From the NCBI RefSeq assembly GCF_004010195.1, contig NC_057711.1:75656020-75718526 (forward strand): a DNA stretch of 62,507 nucleotides, in the 5' to 3' direction. This DNA is from Chiloscyllium plagiosum (lineage: Eukaryota). A program made the translations under genes and the position numbers. The notes below the pieces were generated by a model. That model was not told the origin of the DNA. It did no database searches and was given only the letters and a program-made list of their open reading frames with translations. Positions 12,520 to 26,529 of the stretch are shown piece after piece. Position 1 is the stretch's first letter; every line of letters begins with the position of its first letter.

Positions 12520-13370
12520 TCACTAGCCTGATAATCCATAAACCTATCTAATACTCTGGCGATCTGGGTTCAAATCCCACCAAGGCAGATGCGGGAATTA
12601 AAACGTTAATGATGACCATAAAACCATGTCATAAAAAAACCCATCTAATTAACTATTGTCTTATACTTCCCTTAATAAAGTAAATGTTCATCCTCACCTG
12701 GTCTGACCTACATGTAACTCTAGATCTGCAGAAATGTGGTTGACTCTTAACTATCTTCTGCAATGGCCTAGCAAGCCATTCAGTTGGATTAAATTACCTA
12801 AAATCTCTCAAAGGAATAAAAGTGGACAAACTGGCATCAGAAACAACAGCAAACTCAGCCCTTTTGGTCCTGCAAAGTCAGGGGCCAATACCAGAATTAG
12901 GAGAGCTATCTCACAGATTAGTCAAGCAACAGACTGATACTTCCTGAACTGTACCTGACAAACAGTACCATAGGTAACACCATCACCAACTCTGGGTATG
13001 TCCTGTCCCAGCTGCAGGTCAAATTCAACAAAGATGGGTGATACAGTGGCACACAGTCAAGAGGCAGCTGTCTCTGAAGTCTTTAATATTGACTCCAGAC
13101 CCCATGAAGTCTCATGGCTTCAGGTTAAACATCGGTAAGGAAACTTTTTGCTGATTACAACTGACCATTCCCACGCCATCCCCATCCTGCACCCATGCCC
13201 CCTAGCCTTGCACATTGAGGATATCCTGTATTGCATTGTGTGGTATTACGACCGTGCTGAATGGGATAGACTTCAAACAGATCCAGCAGCTGAAGTCTGG
13301 ACATCCATGAGGTGAGGCGGGCCATCGGGGCAGCAGAATTGTTCCCAAACACAATCTCCAACTCAAGATC
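12520..13370 (+). mobile_element. Decayed CR1/L2-group LINE 5' part with SINE-like head
   Basis: gggttcaaatcccacc B-box-like head, then tatgtcctgtccca and gaagtctcatggcttcaggttaaaca endonuclease-like sequence; head related to 34880-35210. Confidence 0.55.
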
Positions 13371-15649
13371 CAGCAATGGAAAGGGGTTGGGATACTGTAC
13401 AGAATACTTACCTGTTCCTGCAACAAGATGCCAAAGCCATTTTGAGGGTCAGACCTCTGCAATCTTTGTTTCTTAAGTAGCTCACAGACTCTGGGCCAGC
13501 CCGGAGATCAAGCAAGTCTACAAGCAGGTAGTACTGAGGATGAGAGAAGCATCAGGAAGCAACTGATCACAGTCTGCAAAATCCTTGTGGAACCCTGAGG
13601 AGCACATGAAATCTCTTTGCAGGTATCACAGCCAACCTCCCCTCCATGTAAGTGCCTTTGCTGTCAAACGTGGATAGGGTTTGAAGCATTGAGGCTGATT
13701 AGAGGCGTACTCCGCTCCATTGTGCATTAATAATAGACAAATAGATATACTTGAAAAAGGTGTTTTGGAACTTGTAGAAATCTATCCACCCAGAATCTAT
13801 CCAAACAGTGCTTTCTGTTCAGGAGGAGAAAATAACGTAGAACAGATTTGAACGCTGTAGTTTCAGGAACCCTATAATTGTAAATCTTTTTATTTTTACA
13901 ATATAAATTGAAGAATAAAGGTTAACCAGTTAAGTAGTTAATGGCCCCTCTCATATGACAGGATGGAAAGGAAAACATTTCACACAGCTTAGCTGAAATC
14001 ACCAACCACTGTTTGCAGAGTCCTCAGAGAGCTTTTCTGTGCAGAAGTCAATGAACACAATAAAAGTTTTCCTTTGAAAGAAAATGTTGCTATTTGTACA
14101 CACTGACTGTTCTGAATTATTCTACACTGTACTCATTATGTAAGTATGACCTTGGCGATAACTAAACCACTGATCCACGATATGATTTTTGCCTCAATGT
14201 TGTAGACTTCCACAAAGACTGGGAGTTGGGCAATTAGCATAGTACAGGCTGTACTCAGGGAACTCTATATCAAGACATTTTCTTACCATTGAGAGTTTTG
14301 TACAGAAAATAAGTAATTTTAGAATTCACAGGTGTGCTAATTTGAATAGGAATGTTAAACTTGCAGTGTTTTCCTTTAAGTGGTCAAGCAATATTTATAA
14401 CAAGAACCTCGAATATCTCTACCCCAGAGGGCTCTAGAAGCTCAGTCTTCAAGTATATTTTGAAAAACGTTTTGATCATCAATAAGACTAAAAAGTAACG
14501 GGGATAATGTTCGTAAAAAGCATTTAAGGGTTGAATCAGCTATGTCTTTGTTAAATGGTGAAGCAGGGTCAATAGCCTGAATGGCCCACTCATATTCCTT
14601 TCTTTCTTAGTGCTGTATAAATGTTACACATTCTTTCCAATATTATATACCTTTACGAATAGTATAACATTTTGAAGACACTCTAGAAACATTTCATAAG
14701 TAATGACCTATTGCTGAATTACAGTCACTGATATTGGGGAGGAAAATGCAGTACTATTTATACATACAGTCTTATCATTAGGTGAATCACTAGTTGATAT
14801 GCTATTGGTAACATGGGCTTCGGAAGAAGGGTTCCAGGACAATTCCATTTCTTTTCAAAGTGCTTAGCACCTTAGATGCCTACCTGAGGAGGAGATAAGG
14901 CCTTGGTTTAACATTTGAATGATGGCACCAAAAACAATGCAACCAGCTATTTCTCAGTACCCAGATTATCATAAAGTCATGGAACCTAATAAGGCTTAGC
15001 GATTTTAACAGTGTATATCTGCCTGTGTTTGAAAAGACTATCCAATTAATCCCATTGATTCTCTGGCCCTTAGTTCAACAAATATTTCACCTGCAGTTAC
15101 TTATCCAACCAAATCAGCCATTATCCCAAGGCTTCTGCCAGTATTATAACAAAGGGCCAAATTTCAGAGTGCAGATGGATTGTGAACTAAATTGTCTAAT
15201 AATAAAACTATATTTTCCTCTCCAGGTAGCACTCTCAATAATTTGAGTTGCCAAATCACATCTGCAGTGACTCAGTACTTGGGGCGAGAAGCAAGGCCTC
15301 AATTGTCCTTCGGGAAGTCACCAAAAGCAAAGAGGATGTTTGGCACAGAGTTCAAACCATGACAGGAATGTGCACATGGATTATATAAATGTGACTATTG
15401 CACAACCGCTGGTTCTGGCTTATCAGAGGCATTCCATTCTGATTGCATGTCATAGGCATATTGGAATGATTTGTAGGCTGACAGTCAATCAGTTCATCCC
15501 TTGGCCATCAAGTCCCAGAGCAGGACTCGAACTCAGATCTCATGCTTAGAGATCAGGACCCACAAGACGGCCCCATACCAAGTCTTCCTCAGGCATAATA
15601 GAGATTTGAGCCTTATGTAGTTGGTATTGTGCTATATGAAATGCCAGCT

Positions 15650-17290
15650 GTCTGTACAGGTCGTGGGCGTCACTGACTAGACCAACATTTACAGTCCACG
15701 CCTAACTGTTCTTGAGAACGTGGTGATGAACTGCCTTCTTGAACCACTGCAGTTCATGCAGTGCAGGTGTACCCATATTGCTGGTAGAGAGTGCAATGAT
15801 TTTGATCCAGTGACAGTAAGGGAATGGCAATACAGTTCTGTTTTGGGATGTTATGTAGTTTGAACTGGAATGTACAACTGGTAGTCTTCCCATGTATCTA
15901 CGACTCTTGTTCTTCTGCATGGTAGAGGTCATGGGATTGAAAGCTGCTATCTAAGAAACCTTGGTGAGTTGCTGCAGTGCATCTTTTAGGTAGTACACAT
16001 TACTGCCATTGTGTGTCGATGATGAAGGCAGAGAATGCTGAAGGTGTTAGATAGGATATGAATCATGTGGACTACTTTGACCTGGATGGAGTCAAGCTTC
16101 ATGAGTGTTGTTAGAGCTACATCATCCAGGCAAGCAGGGACAACTCCATCATACTCTTTACTTGTACCTTGTAGATGGTGGGCAGACTTCAAGGATTCAG
16201 GAAGCAAGTTACTCACCACAGAAATCCCAGCTTCTGACCTACTCTTGTAGCCACTGTAATTATATGGCTAATCCAGTTCAGTTTCTGATCAACAGTAATC
16301 CCCCAGGATGTTGTCAGTGGCAAATTCAGCTATGATAATGACACTCAATGTCAAGGGGCAAGGTGTAGATTCTCACTTGTCAGAGACGGTGCTTGTGTGG
16401 TGTGAGTGTTACTTGCCATTTATCAGCCGAAGGCTGAAAATTGACCAGATCTTGCTGCATATGAGCATGGACTGCTTTAGTATCTGAGGGGTCATGAATG
16501 GTGCTGAACATTTGCAATAATCAACAAACACCAACAAGATGGAGGGAAGGCCATTGATGAAGAAGCTTAACATGATTGGGCCTAAGACACCAATCTGAGG
16601 AACTCCTGCATAATTATTTCAAATCATTATCACCCATGATGGGATTCAAAGCCGGGTCCACAGAACATTACAGGTGTTTGGATTACTAGATCTAGCAACA
16701 ATACTATAGGCCATCACTTCCCCACAAGGTAGGTACATTTATAATTTATCCTGTGCATGTTTGATAAAACTCATTGGTTTGCTATGCCAATTCAGAATGC
16801 AATGAGTCAACTATGTGGCTGTGTGTTTGAAGTCACATGTTGCCCAGAGGGAGTACGATGGCAGATTTCCTCCCTCGAAGGGCATTAGTAAACCACATCG
16901 TTTTTTCATGACAATCCAGCAGTTTCCTAATAATTATTAATGATTTACTTAAACTCCTGCAGCAATGTCGTAGGCCTGAGATGACTGACCCCCACAAGCC
17001 GCAACCGTCTTCCAACAACTGGGGAGTTTTCCCCGAGTTCCACTGATTACAGTTTTGCTAAAGCTCCTTGATACCACATTCGGTTAAATGCTGCCTTGAT
17101 GTCAAGGGCAAACAATCTCAGCTCACATCTTGGGGTTTGTGCCATTTGATAATACTGATGATGACCCCTTCTATCACTTTTATGATGATCAAGAGTAGAC
17201 TGACATGGCTGGATTGGATCTATCCTGCATTTTGTGTACAGGACATAATTGGACAATTTTCTAAACTGTCAGTGAAACAACTTTGATGGT
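15650..17290 (-). mobile_element. CR1/L2-group LINE reverse-transcriptase fragment, interrupted
   Basis: Minus strand gives AGVPQIGVLGPIMLSFFING near 16550-16610 and ALDIKAAFNRMWYQGALAKL (ORF 17047..17256). Confidence 0.75.
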
Positions 17291-17630
17291 TGGTTCAAAT
17301 CACGAGCTAACATTGACCCAGTGTTTTATAAACATTCAACATAAATTCTTTCCTTCTGTACTCTCTGCTTCTCTATATAAAGCTCAGGGACCCAAAGCAG
17401 CTTATGCACTCATTTGTCAACCTGTCCTGCTACTGTCAACAAAGAACTAAGTACTGTTAGTTCTGTAGCATAAATTTTCTGTACTATTCCAAAATACTAT
17501 CAAGCCTTGGTTAGTGTCCAGTGCCTTCAGCTGGCTCTTGATATAATATAAAGTGAATTGAATTGGCTGAAGACCCACATCCATGTTTGGGGACCTCAAT
17601 ATTTGATTATATTATTAAAATATTGAGTAC

Positions 17631-17731
17631 CTTCCAATGTTGTCCATAAACCAAAATGTTTTTCTTTGCAATGTCTACTCTGTCCCATGCCAAAGCCAAA
17701 CTTAGCTGATCTGATGCAGAAGTACTGGTAC
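17631..17731 (-). CDS. TRPM6: TRPM6 exon 11 equivalent (101 nt): (G)[33 protein letters not shown]
   Basis: Translated by hand; caaag| acceptor and AAG|gtactc donor. Confidence 0.95.
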
Positions 17732-17819
17732 CTTTGGAAACAAAAAGAATGAAATTAGATTCCTATGAAGAAAGCAATCTTACATTTTGTTGGCTAAGTA
17801 CAAGTTGCTTTGGGCTTCC

Positions 17820-19510
17820 TGAAAGGATTCTCTCCACAAGATCTGGCGAGATTTCTCATTGTATCATACCAAACTGGTCTCTTTAACTGCCTACTTACTC
17901 CTAAAGTGTCTCTCATACCTAACTCTATTCCCATCTTAGCACATGCAGTTCCCAAAACAACTCACCACTCAGCTGATATCTGGCAGAAGATTGGCACCTA
18001 TTGTGCCTGGGTCATCTTGAAAAGACCATTGAGCACCTGGACAAGCTCGGTAATACTCTGCACAGTTGCCCTGAACATGGAAGTCAGGAGGAATCAGTGC
18101 CACACCTTGAGGGCAGGGGCCGGGTGGTCCTGATGGATAGGGTAGTGCAGACAAGGGATTTACACCACCCCTGTGAACAGCAGGGGAGGTCATGAAAGCA
18201 GACCATGCTAGCCTGCTGATTGATCACCACCCTTGGTAGAAGAGCAAAACACAGCATTACAAGAAGGAGGTCAACAACCTCGGTCAGTGTAGGTGCCACC
18301 ATCTTCTTTCCAATACCTCACACTCAATCTGTCAACTGTGCCCACCTCCCATCAAAATTAATGCTCTCACTATTGCCTGCACCATTTTCCTTCACTCACT
18401 CACCCCAATCCTGAACACAGCAAATTGCCTTCAATGCTGCCTAGTCATTCGCTCAGGATACCTCCTCACACGTGCCTAAAATAATAGCTGTGCCACTCGC
18501 TTTCATCTCCCTGCTCGCTGCCTCTCTCTCATTCCAGGAGGAAATCAGTCCTAAATAGGGCAAAAAGTGTCAAGACAGGCAGTCAGCATTCAAACATTCA
18601 ACTCCTCACCCCTATGTGAAGAGAACTCTGACTCTGACTGCCATGGGTGCTTGACTAACCATGTCCAAGCATCTAGACTGGTATCAAAGGCTATCCTTGA
18701 CTAAGTGTGCCAGAAACCCTCCCTTAACATGACTGATGCGTGCTGACAACATGGTCAGCTTCCAACTTCTGTTTCAGAGCTAAATGACAAGTCAAAACAA
18801 CAGCAAGATGAGCCTGATATCTCTGGCTGAGGGAGCAAATACAAAAAGGCAAGTAAAGGTGATGCAAGCAGGGATGCTGTGAACATTCAGTTTGACTCAG
18901 AGTGAGTGAGTTTTATTACACTGAGTGAAGAGCCTCAAGATGCAGCCTGCTCCAATTCATGACCTGGTTGCATGTCTCTGAGCCTGCAGTGTCCTTGCAG
19001 CTACAGTGTTCTTGCTGCAGCCCGAAAGGTGCTGCACCAAAGTACAGAAGCATCCTGTAAGTGGATTGGAGATGTGCCTGAGGCTTCTAAGGGGATGGAA
19101 CCTGTCAGATGACAATGTCTGTGGACGTGGGTTGTGTGGGATTGAGTGCACCCTGAGATTTTGGTGCCCAGAGGCTGGCATGGAGGTCTTTGAGTGCAAG
19201 TGGGAAGCTGAAGTCACTGAGTCCCCACTCTGATTTACGTGTCAAGATTTTTTGACATCTAACCTGCTTTGCACTTTTGGTAAAATGGGAAGCTGAGTAT
19301 TCGTGAGGTGTGTTGTGATGTTAATAAGGTATTTAACAAGCTATTACTTCCCTTTAATTGGAAACTTGTCACTGCCCAGTGAGAAACTCACCTCGCCACT
19401 TTATAAAAGATAGAGCTAGATGATGCCAAATTCAAGATTGTCTAGCCAGACTTCTCTTCCGACACTACCCTAAATCTCACATCATTCAGACCCTGTCGTG
19501 ATTCCCCCTC
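17820..19510 (+). mobile_element. Possible decayed PIF/Harbinger-type remnant (second copy)
   Basis: VPHLEGRGRVVLMDRVVQTRDL and QHYKKEVNNL resemble a Myb/SANT-like ORF; subterminal similarity to 11290-11390. Confidence 0.35.
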
Positions 19511-19521
19511 CCTCCTTGTTA

Positions 19522-19620
<99 letters not shown>

Positions 19621-21329
19621 TCATGAAAGAAAATAAAATTGTTATCCTTCCACATACATTCATGCACAAACATAACATGGAAGTTTTATCTCAATCTTTA
19701 TTTTCTTTCTATTTTGTAGCTATTTTGAATTCCCACTATTTCTTAACTCTCTTTTCATTATCAATTTTCTTCCTTCCTCCTACTGAGGGTTCATTTTGTG
19801 ATACACTTCACCAATCAAATGGTCTTTCTGCATTGCTGAGATTTCCAGCTTTATTGACTCAAAGGAGCAGGGGTAGGTTATTCAGCCCTCACATCAGAAG
19901 ATAAATCATGCATTGTTTGAATTTTCCAAATCTCCTTTGCTTCAGTCCCATCAGACTGGAAGTGGGACTGAAAATGTACCTCCTTTATTTAGAAAAGGAA
20001 GGAGACACAAAGCAAAAATCTACAGTTAACTTCATATTTGTTAAGGAAAACATCGGAAGTTATTTTAAAGAAGTTATAACAGGGCACTTGGATATGTTCA
20101 AGGTAATCAAGTAGGTTGGAAGGGGAGACTTTTTTTTTCCTCTGGTTGAGGAATCAGGAGTGAAATTAAAGCCAATTAAAAGTCAAAGGTAAGTCAACTT
20201 CCTACCGTCCAGGAATTGCAAGTTGATTTTATAAGCGCTGGACTGTTAATTGTTTCAGGGCAAGACCTCCACTTTAATCCAGGAGGAATTCCTGTCTGCT
20301 GTTCCACAGGGAACAGTGGACCACTGCTGGGACTGAAACCTATTCCCTGAGGCAATTATTTCTGGAAATTGCTGATCTTACGTAGGGACGGGATTCTGAA
20401 GGGTCGGGGTGAGACATATGAAACTGGGCAGTACCTGCATTGAGGGCATGTTACCCAAATAGAAAGGACTTCCTCAGCCTCAACACGTCTCCAGGATACA
20501 TCTGTCAGCCTTACTATATTGCATGGGTTCCCTTATTACCAGCAGTGGTGAGAGAAAGCCCTTAAGATGGTATTTTGCGGCTTCCTATAATGCCTCAATT
20601 GGCCAAAGGGCAGGCCAGCAGCCCAACAGTTTCCTTGCGCTCCACCACCCCTCCGTCCCACTGTCCCACTACCCTACTGCCACACCGTCCCACTACTCCA
20701 CCGCCCAACATCGCCCCACAGCCCCACACATTGCTACTGAAAAATCCCAATGGAGACAGTTAAATGATATTCCCAGCCTGCCAATTTTAAAATCCCCAAC
20801 ACCTCAAGCCATCTCCTGTTTGGATTGGTATAAAATTCCACTCTCAACAACATCAACTGGTCTTAACAGGGATACTTTCCATATCCCATTCCCTCCCTTA
20901 ATTCCCAGAAAACCATTAGGTCCCAAATGGCAAAATTGAAAAGCCCTGTCCTGCAGAAATAAGACACTGGGACAGTATAAACAGGCTGAGGGTTGTATTT
21001 TGACCCCTCAATGAGCAGGAAGGCTACACTTGAGAGCTAGAGTCTGCCAGCTTTAGTCATCCCAACAGCACCAGAACACCCAGTGGATTCAGCGGAGACT
21101 TATTCACAAAGAAGGGAGGTGCTTACTGGAATGAGAGGTCCTGGAATTTTAGGGCAGGAAGGGGGCATGTACTCTAAGGAAGGGGATTAGTATGCAAGCC
21201 ATTGGGTGGGATTGTATGATTTTACACCCACATCCATGAACTTGGGTTCAAGATAGGTTGCTCAAAGAGAAGGCAAGCTCCAGAACTGTGTTCAAGCCTG
21301 GCCTTCTTATAACACATTAAGAATGAGAT

Positions 21330-21600
21330 GTGTTTGACAAAATCAAAACCTGCATCCCCATTCTAAGTGACTAAAGACTTAACAGTCATCTGGTTTGTCT
21401 AACACATCGCATCAGTTATATGACACTTTGAATCTTTTACTTATAAATTCTGTGTCCTATAATCCTGCCCCACTAGCTACCTGATGAAGGAGCAGCTCTC
21501 TGAACATTCATGCTTCCAAATAAACCTATCAGACCATAACCTGGTGTTGTGTGATTTTTAACTTTGTCCACCCCAGTCCAACACTGGCACCTCCACATCA
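21330..21600 (+). mobile_element. Penelope-like terminal remnant, second family
   Basis: ctgatgaaggagcagctctctgaa (decayed hammerhead core) then cctggtgttgtgtgatttttaactttgtcc; same tail occurs inverted at 52277-52390. Confidence 0.55.
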
Positions 21601-23678
21601 TAAAATCTATTGTCTGATGCAAGTTGGACTATCTCCACAAGCTTCCCCTCGCACATTTTGAACATTAATATGGTAAGCTGCAGGCAAGTGCCTAGCTCTC
21701 CATGTTTTCTTCTATTTCATAACTCTGCTCACACAGTACTATTTATGCCAATGAGGATCTGCTCCATAACATCATCCCAGAGTGCTTCCGTGGTCCTAGA
21801 GCCCTTACTCTTTCGGGATGGGTAATATCTGGAGGCCAGATGAGGAGGAATAAAATGGTAATTGTGAGACCTGTTGGGAATTGCCCCTGATATGTACAAG
21901 GCCCCCTTCATTAAAATGCCCCTCCTTCCTTTCAGCCTTTTCAAAGAAGCAGTTTTAAGGATAGGGTTTGCAGTCTAAGATGCTGGCTACTGCCCAGAAT
22001 TTTGAATATTTTCTCATCAACCCTTTTCAGAGATGTTATTGAACACTTCTGGAGCAGATGTGATTTGAAACAGGCTTAGAGGAAGGGACACTACTACTGC
22101 AACATAGTGTTTTAGTTTTTCTTTAAACTAGCTTTGTCAGAGATGTCATTACACATCTCTGAGGCGGGTAGGCCTTGAACCCAAGCCTCCTGGCTCAGAT
22201 TTGGATACACCACCACTGCACTGAAAGCACCTTTCTGTCAAGTGTTTTATGAAAGTGATAGTTAGGCCTTTAGCTGCCAATTAATTAGGAAGTTAAGGGA
22301 CTCACTAGGTTGGTTGGTGTAGCAGGCACTTTAACTGTCCCTGATATTGGGGAACAGGTCAAGGTAGACAGATGGGAGAGGGACTGGACATCCAATATAT
22401 TTTATGTGCCTCCTCCAGGAAAATATGCATGACAGGAAACTGTAAAGTCCAGCCCATTTCTTCATACAGAGTGGTAGAAGTTTACCATTCTATTCCACAA
22501 CAGCAACTGATACTTGAACAATTATTAATTTTAAACCTGAAATTGGGAGGTGTTTGTTAGCCAAAGATATTAATGAATAAGGACAAGGGCAGGCATGAGA
22601 TGACTGTCTGTCCCCCTTTCTACATTTAATACTGAATTACAAAAATAGGTTAATCCTTTAACTTCTAGCATTTGCTTAAGTCATCAACATTATCAGAACA
22701 CTCTGATTTACAGAATTTCACACTTAACCCAGAGGCAGATACAGACAATGCCTCCAAGAATATAGGAAGGCTTTCTAATCTGATGAAAGCAAATCAAATA
22801 CTCATTCTGTCTGCACAGGCCATTGAAGTAGTTTTGTCAACCACAGAAATTATCACATCTCCCACAGCCATGAGAATAATTCCTACCATTTTATGTTAAT
22901 TCTTTCAAACAATTATCGTAAAAGGCAATCAGTACCTGAAATGGTTAACTGACATCATACAATAAACTCCACCCATCAGGTTCTAAAGGCTGCTCCAGGG
23001 CGGACCTAACTATTCTTTAATTTTTAAATCTCTTTAGTAGGTAGCAGTAATTTTACCTTTAAGTTGGGTCTGAAGTAACACAGAAGAATCCGATGCAATT
23101 CAGATGTAATGTAGCTATAATATACTATGCAATAAACCTATTCTGTCCAAAAGGACCAAACCTCTCTTCTTCCAAAGATTTACGTGAGCATCTTTCTACA
23201 CTTGGTATCAGTGAAGAAAGACTAAACACCAATCAGAAGAAAAGTTAACGGTAGTGAATCTACTTAAGGCATCGTTGATGGTTCTGATGACTATGATCAC
23301 AACACATACCAACAACTGTACATAGACAAGTTTGCACATATGTAAATATATATGCTCTCTATTACCAGATTTATGAAATTTACCCTGTGAAACAGAACAG
23401 ATTCCACTGCATCAATTATCCAAGACATTGTAAAGTTTCTCCTTCCTATATGATTCAAGTAAAAAAGCCCAATATCAATGATATTGGAAACTGTCGCTGC
23501 TTATATTATAACATTTCTCCACACACACCCCAAAACATATGAATTGAAGGGTTATTTCAATAAAATTAACTGCAAGTATCAAATAAATGCATCTGTATTG
23601 AAGCACTTGCACCAGCCATCTTTGAAGAAACTTTGAAAATACATTCTATATTTTCACTGCTGAGTTGAACATACTCAC

Positions 23679-23802
23679 TGATTCTCTGTGCTCCATGCAT
23701 TCCATAAGAATTTTAAACAAATGATCTGATTGCTTCTGCCCAAAATTAAAGGTTTTCTGGATCATTAATAATAATTCATCTTCCAAGCCAGGATATAATT
23801 TC
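23679..23802 (-). CDS. TRPM6: TRPM6 exon 9 equivalent (124 nt): KLYPGLEDELLLMIQKTFNFGQKQSDHLFKILMECMEHRES
   Basis: Translated by hand; cacag| acceptor and |gtgagt donor; matches the MIQxTFNFxxKQSxHLFxILMEC motif. Confidence 0.95.
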
Positions 23803-24024
23803 CTGTGATAGATGAAGCCACAAATGCCATTGTTAAACGTTTGAGTATTGGCTGAACATTCAGTTCAAACTTTATTTCAAAGAGACTATCTATTGAAGAA
23901 GTCTTGTTAAGTGCAAGCAGGGCTCAACTCTTAAAATATGATCTTGGCTGATTTGGGAAGTCAATAAGCTACAGTGCCAAGAAATTCTGGGGTTCAAGGA
24001 GGTGCCAATCATTGTCACAGCCAA

Positions 24025-25376
24025 CTAGGAAAAGCCAGGGAACCATAGACTGACATCGGTAGTTGACAAGTTGTTGGAGAGAATCCTGAGGGACATGATG
24101 TACATGTATTTGGAAAAGCAAGGACTGATTAGGGATAGTCAGCATGGCTTTGTGCATGACAAATCATGTCTCACTAACTTGATTGAGTTTTTTTGAAGAG
24201 GTAACAAAGAGGATTGATGAGGGCAGAGTGGTAGACGTCACCTATATGGATTTCAGTAAGGCGTTCAACAAGGTTCCTTATGGGAGACTGGTTTGCAAAG
24301 TTAGATGTCATGGAATACAGGGAGAACTAGCCATTTCGATAGAGAACTGGCTCGAAGGCAGAAGACAGAGGGGGGTGGTGGAGGATTGCTTTTCGGACTG
24401 GAGGCCTGTGATCAGTGGTGTGCCACAAGGATCGGTGCTGGGTCCACTGCTTTTCGTCATTTATATAAATTATTTGGATGTGAACATAGGGGGTATAGAT
24501 GGTAAGTTTACAGATGACACCGAAATTGGAGATGTAGTGGACAGCGAAGAAGGTTACCTCAGATTACAACAGGATCTTGATCAGATGGGCCAATGGGCTG
24601 AGTGGCAGATGCAGGTTAATTTAGATAAATGTGAGGTGCTGCATTTTGGGAAAGCAAATCTTAGCAGGACTTTTACATTTAATGGTAAGGTCCTAGGGAG
24701 TGTTGCTGAACAAAGTATAGTTTCACAGTTCCTTGAAAGTGGAGTCGCAGGTAGATAGGATAAAGAAGGAGGCATTCGGTATGCTTTCCTTTATTGGTCA
24801 GAGCATTGAGTACAGTCGTTGGGAGGTCATGTTGCAGCTGTATAGAACATTGGTTAGGCCACTTTTGGAATATTGCGTGCAATTCTGGTCTTCTTCCTAT
24901 CAGAAGGATATTGTGAAACTTGAAAGGGTTCAGAAAAGATTTACAAGGATGCTGCCAGGGTTGGAGGATCTGAGCTATAGGGAGAGGTTGAATAGGCTAG
25001 GGCTGTTTTCCCTGGAGCATCGGAGCCTGAGGGGCATGGATAGGATAAATAGACAAGATCTTTTCCCTGGGGCATTGGACTCCAGAATTAAAGGGCATAG
25101 GTTTAGGGTGAGAGGGGAAAGATATAAAAGGGACCTAAAGGGCAACTTTTTCACACAGAGGATGGTGCATGTATGGAATGAGCTGCCAGAGGAAGTGGTG
25201 GAGGCTGGTACAATTACAGCATTTAAAAGGCATCTGGATGGGTATTTGAATAGGAAGGGTTTAGAGGGATATGGGCCAAGTGCTGGCAAATGGGACTAGG
25301 ATATCTGGTTGGCATGGACAAGTTGGACTGAAGAGTCTGTGTCCATGCTGTACATCTCTTAGACTCTATGACTCTA
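24025..25376 (+). mobile_element. 5'-truncated CR1 LINE (RT domain and 3' UTR)
   Basis: ORFs 24183..24758 (YMDFSKAFNKV, SGVPQGSVLGPLLFVIYIN) and 24733..25299 (LYRTLVRPLLEYCVQFWS); tail gactctatgactcta. Confidence 0.93.
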
Positions 25377-26009
25377 GTACTTGAAATGGATATGAATCAT
25401 TAACTCCTGGCCCCAAACAGTTCTTCCTTTCTACTTAATATCTCTCCACATAGAGATACAGGCTCAGATCGCTGAATTTTTTAACTTTTTTTTTCAGTTT
25501 TTCTGTAATCATAATTGTCTAGGTTGCATTCTCCTGCAATATGCTAAACATTGCTGGAGAATGTTTTACATGCTGATGTTATACTAGGTATTTGCCTCTC
25601 CTGAAGGTGTCTTCTGGCCCCATTTCACACCCACCCCAAGCACACAACCAATTTAAGCATTGCAGAATGAAGATAAGAAAAAATCCCACTCAAATATCTA
25701 ACTCCCAACTTTTCTGAGCATTCTCAACTTTAAAACAAGCAATATAAAATATTTAAAGACATATACATCAAATATCTCTATATAGAGAATAAAGACAATT
25801 AAATATAGATTTCATGATACAAATAACAAACAGATATGAAATTCAATATCCAAAGCAACATTACAAATTTCAGAACATAATGTTAATAAAAAATGGATTT
25901 AACCTATTTAATTATAGCACAGTCCTAACACTAACCCGGATAGCATAAACAAACTCCAGCTATCCTGCAATTTCCTGTGTATGAAATAACATATTTACAA
26001 GGAACATAC

Positions 26010-26184
26010 CCACCATCTGCAGTGTGTTTATGAGTAAAAGATAAAAGATCAGCTGCCCTGCCTGTTCCTTCACATACAACAACAGGCACAGGGGGAGTAT
26101 CCCTTACATATTCCCATATGGTCAGGATGACATTAGGTCCACCTTCAATCACCAGCCCCACCACAGGGACACCTTGGCCCATCC
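26010..26184 (-). CDS. TRPM6: TRPM6 exon 8 equivalent (175 nt): (R)[57 protein letters not shown](G)
   Basis: Inside ORF 25931..26233; tgtag| acceptor and GG|gtatgt donor. Confidence 0.96.
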
Positions 26185-26276
26185 CTACATTGGGGAAAAA
26201 AAAGAAAAGCTTAATTGTATCAAAAGATCTCACAAGGCTATTGATTTGGAAAGTAAACTTAAAACATGTAAACTGT

Positions 26277-26506
26277 GCATACTCAACTTTAAAAATAGCA
26301 AAACAAAATATTTAAACACGTATACCTCAAATAATATTTCTTTATAGGGAATAAAGATAATTCATTCTATGGCTAATGAAGAGACATGGAATTCAATACC
26401 TAAAGCAACAAATGTCAGAATCCAATATTGATAAGAATGAATAAGAGCTATTCAATCATTGTATATCAGTGGCCCTCATTTTAATATATAATAGCATAAA
26501 ACAACT
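26277..26506 (+). repeat. Diverged direct repeat of intron 8 segment 25718-25955
   Basis: Colinear anchors gcat(t/a)ctcaactttaaaa, gaataaaga, aattcaata, aaagcaaca and atagcataaa at ~555-bp offset. Confidence 0.85.
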
Positions 26507-26529
26507 TGTTGTAATACAAATCTCATCTA

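Noticed and set aside
13400..13500. Perfect CAG|gtaagt donor on the minus strand in intron 11 (possible extra exon)
   Set aside because: No TRPM similarity, an upstream in-frame stop, no convincing acceptor, and exons 11 and 12 already join in frame.
24183..25299. Intact reverse-transcriptase gene
   Set aside because: 5'-truncated, frameshifted CR1 with internal deletions and an altered catalytic motif (FTDD).
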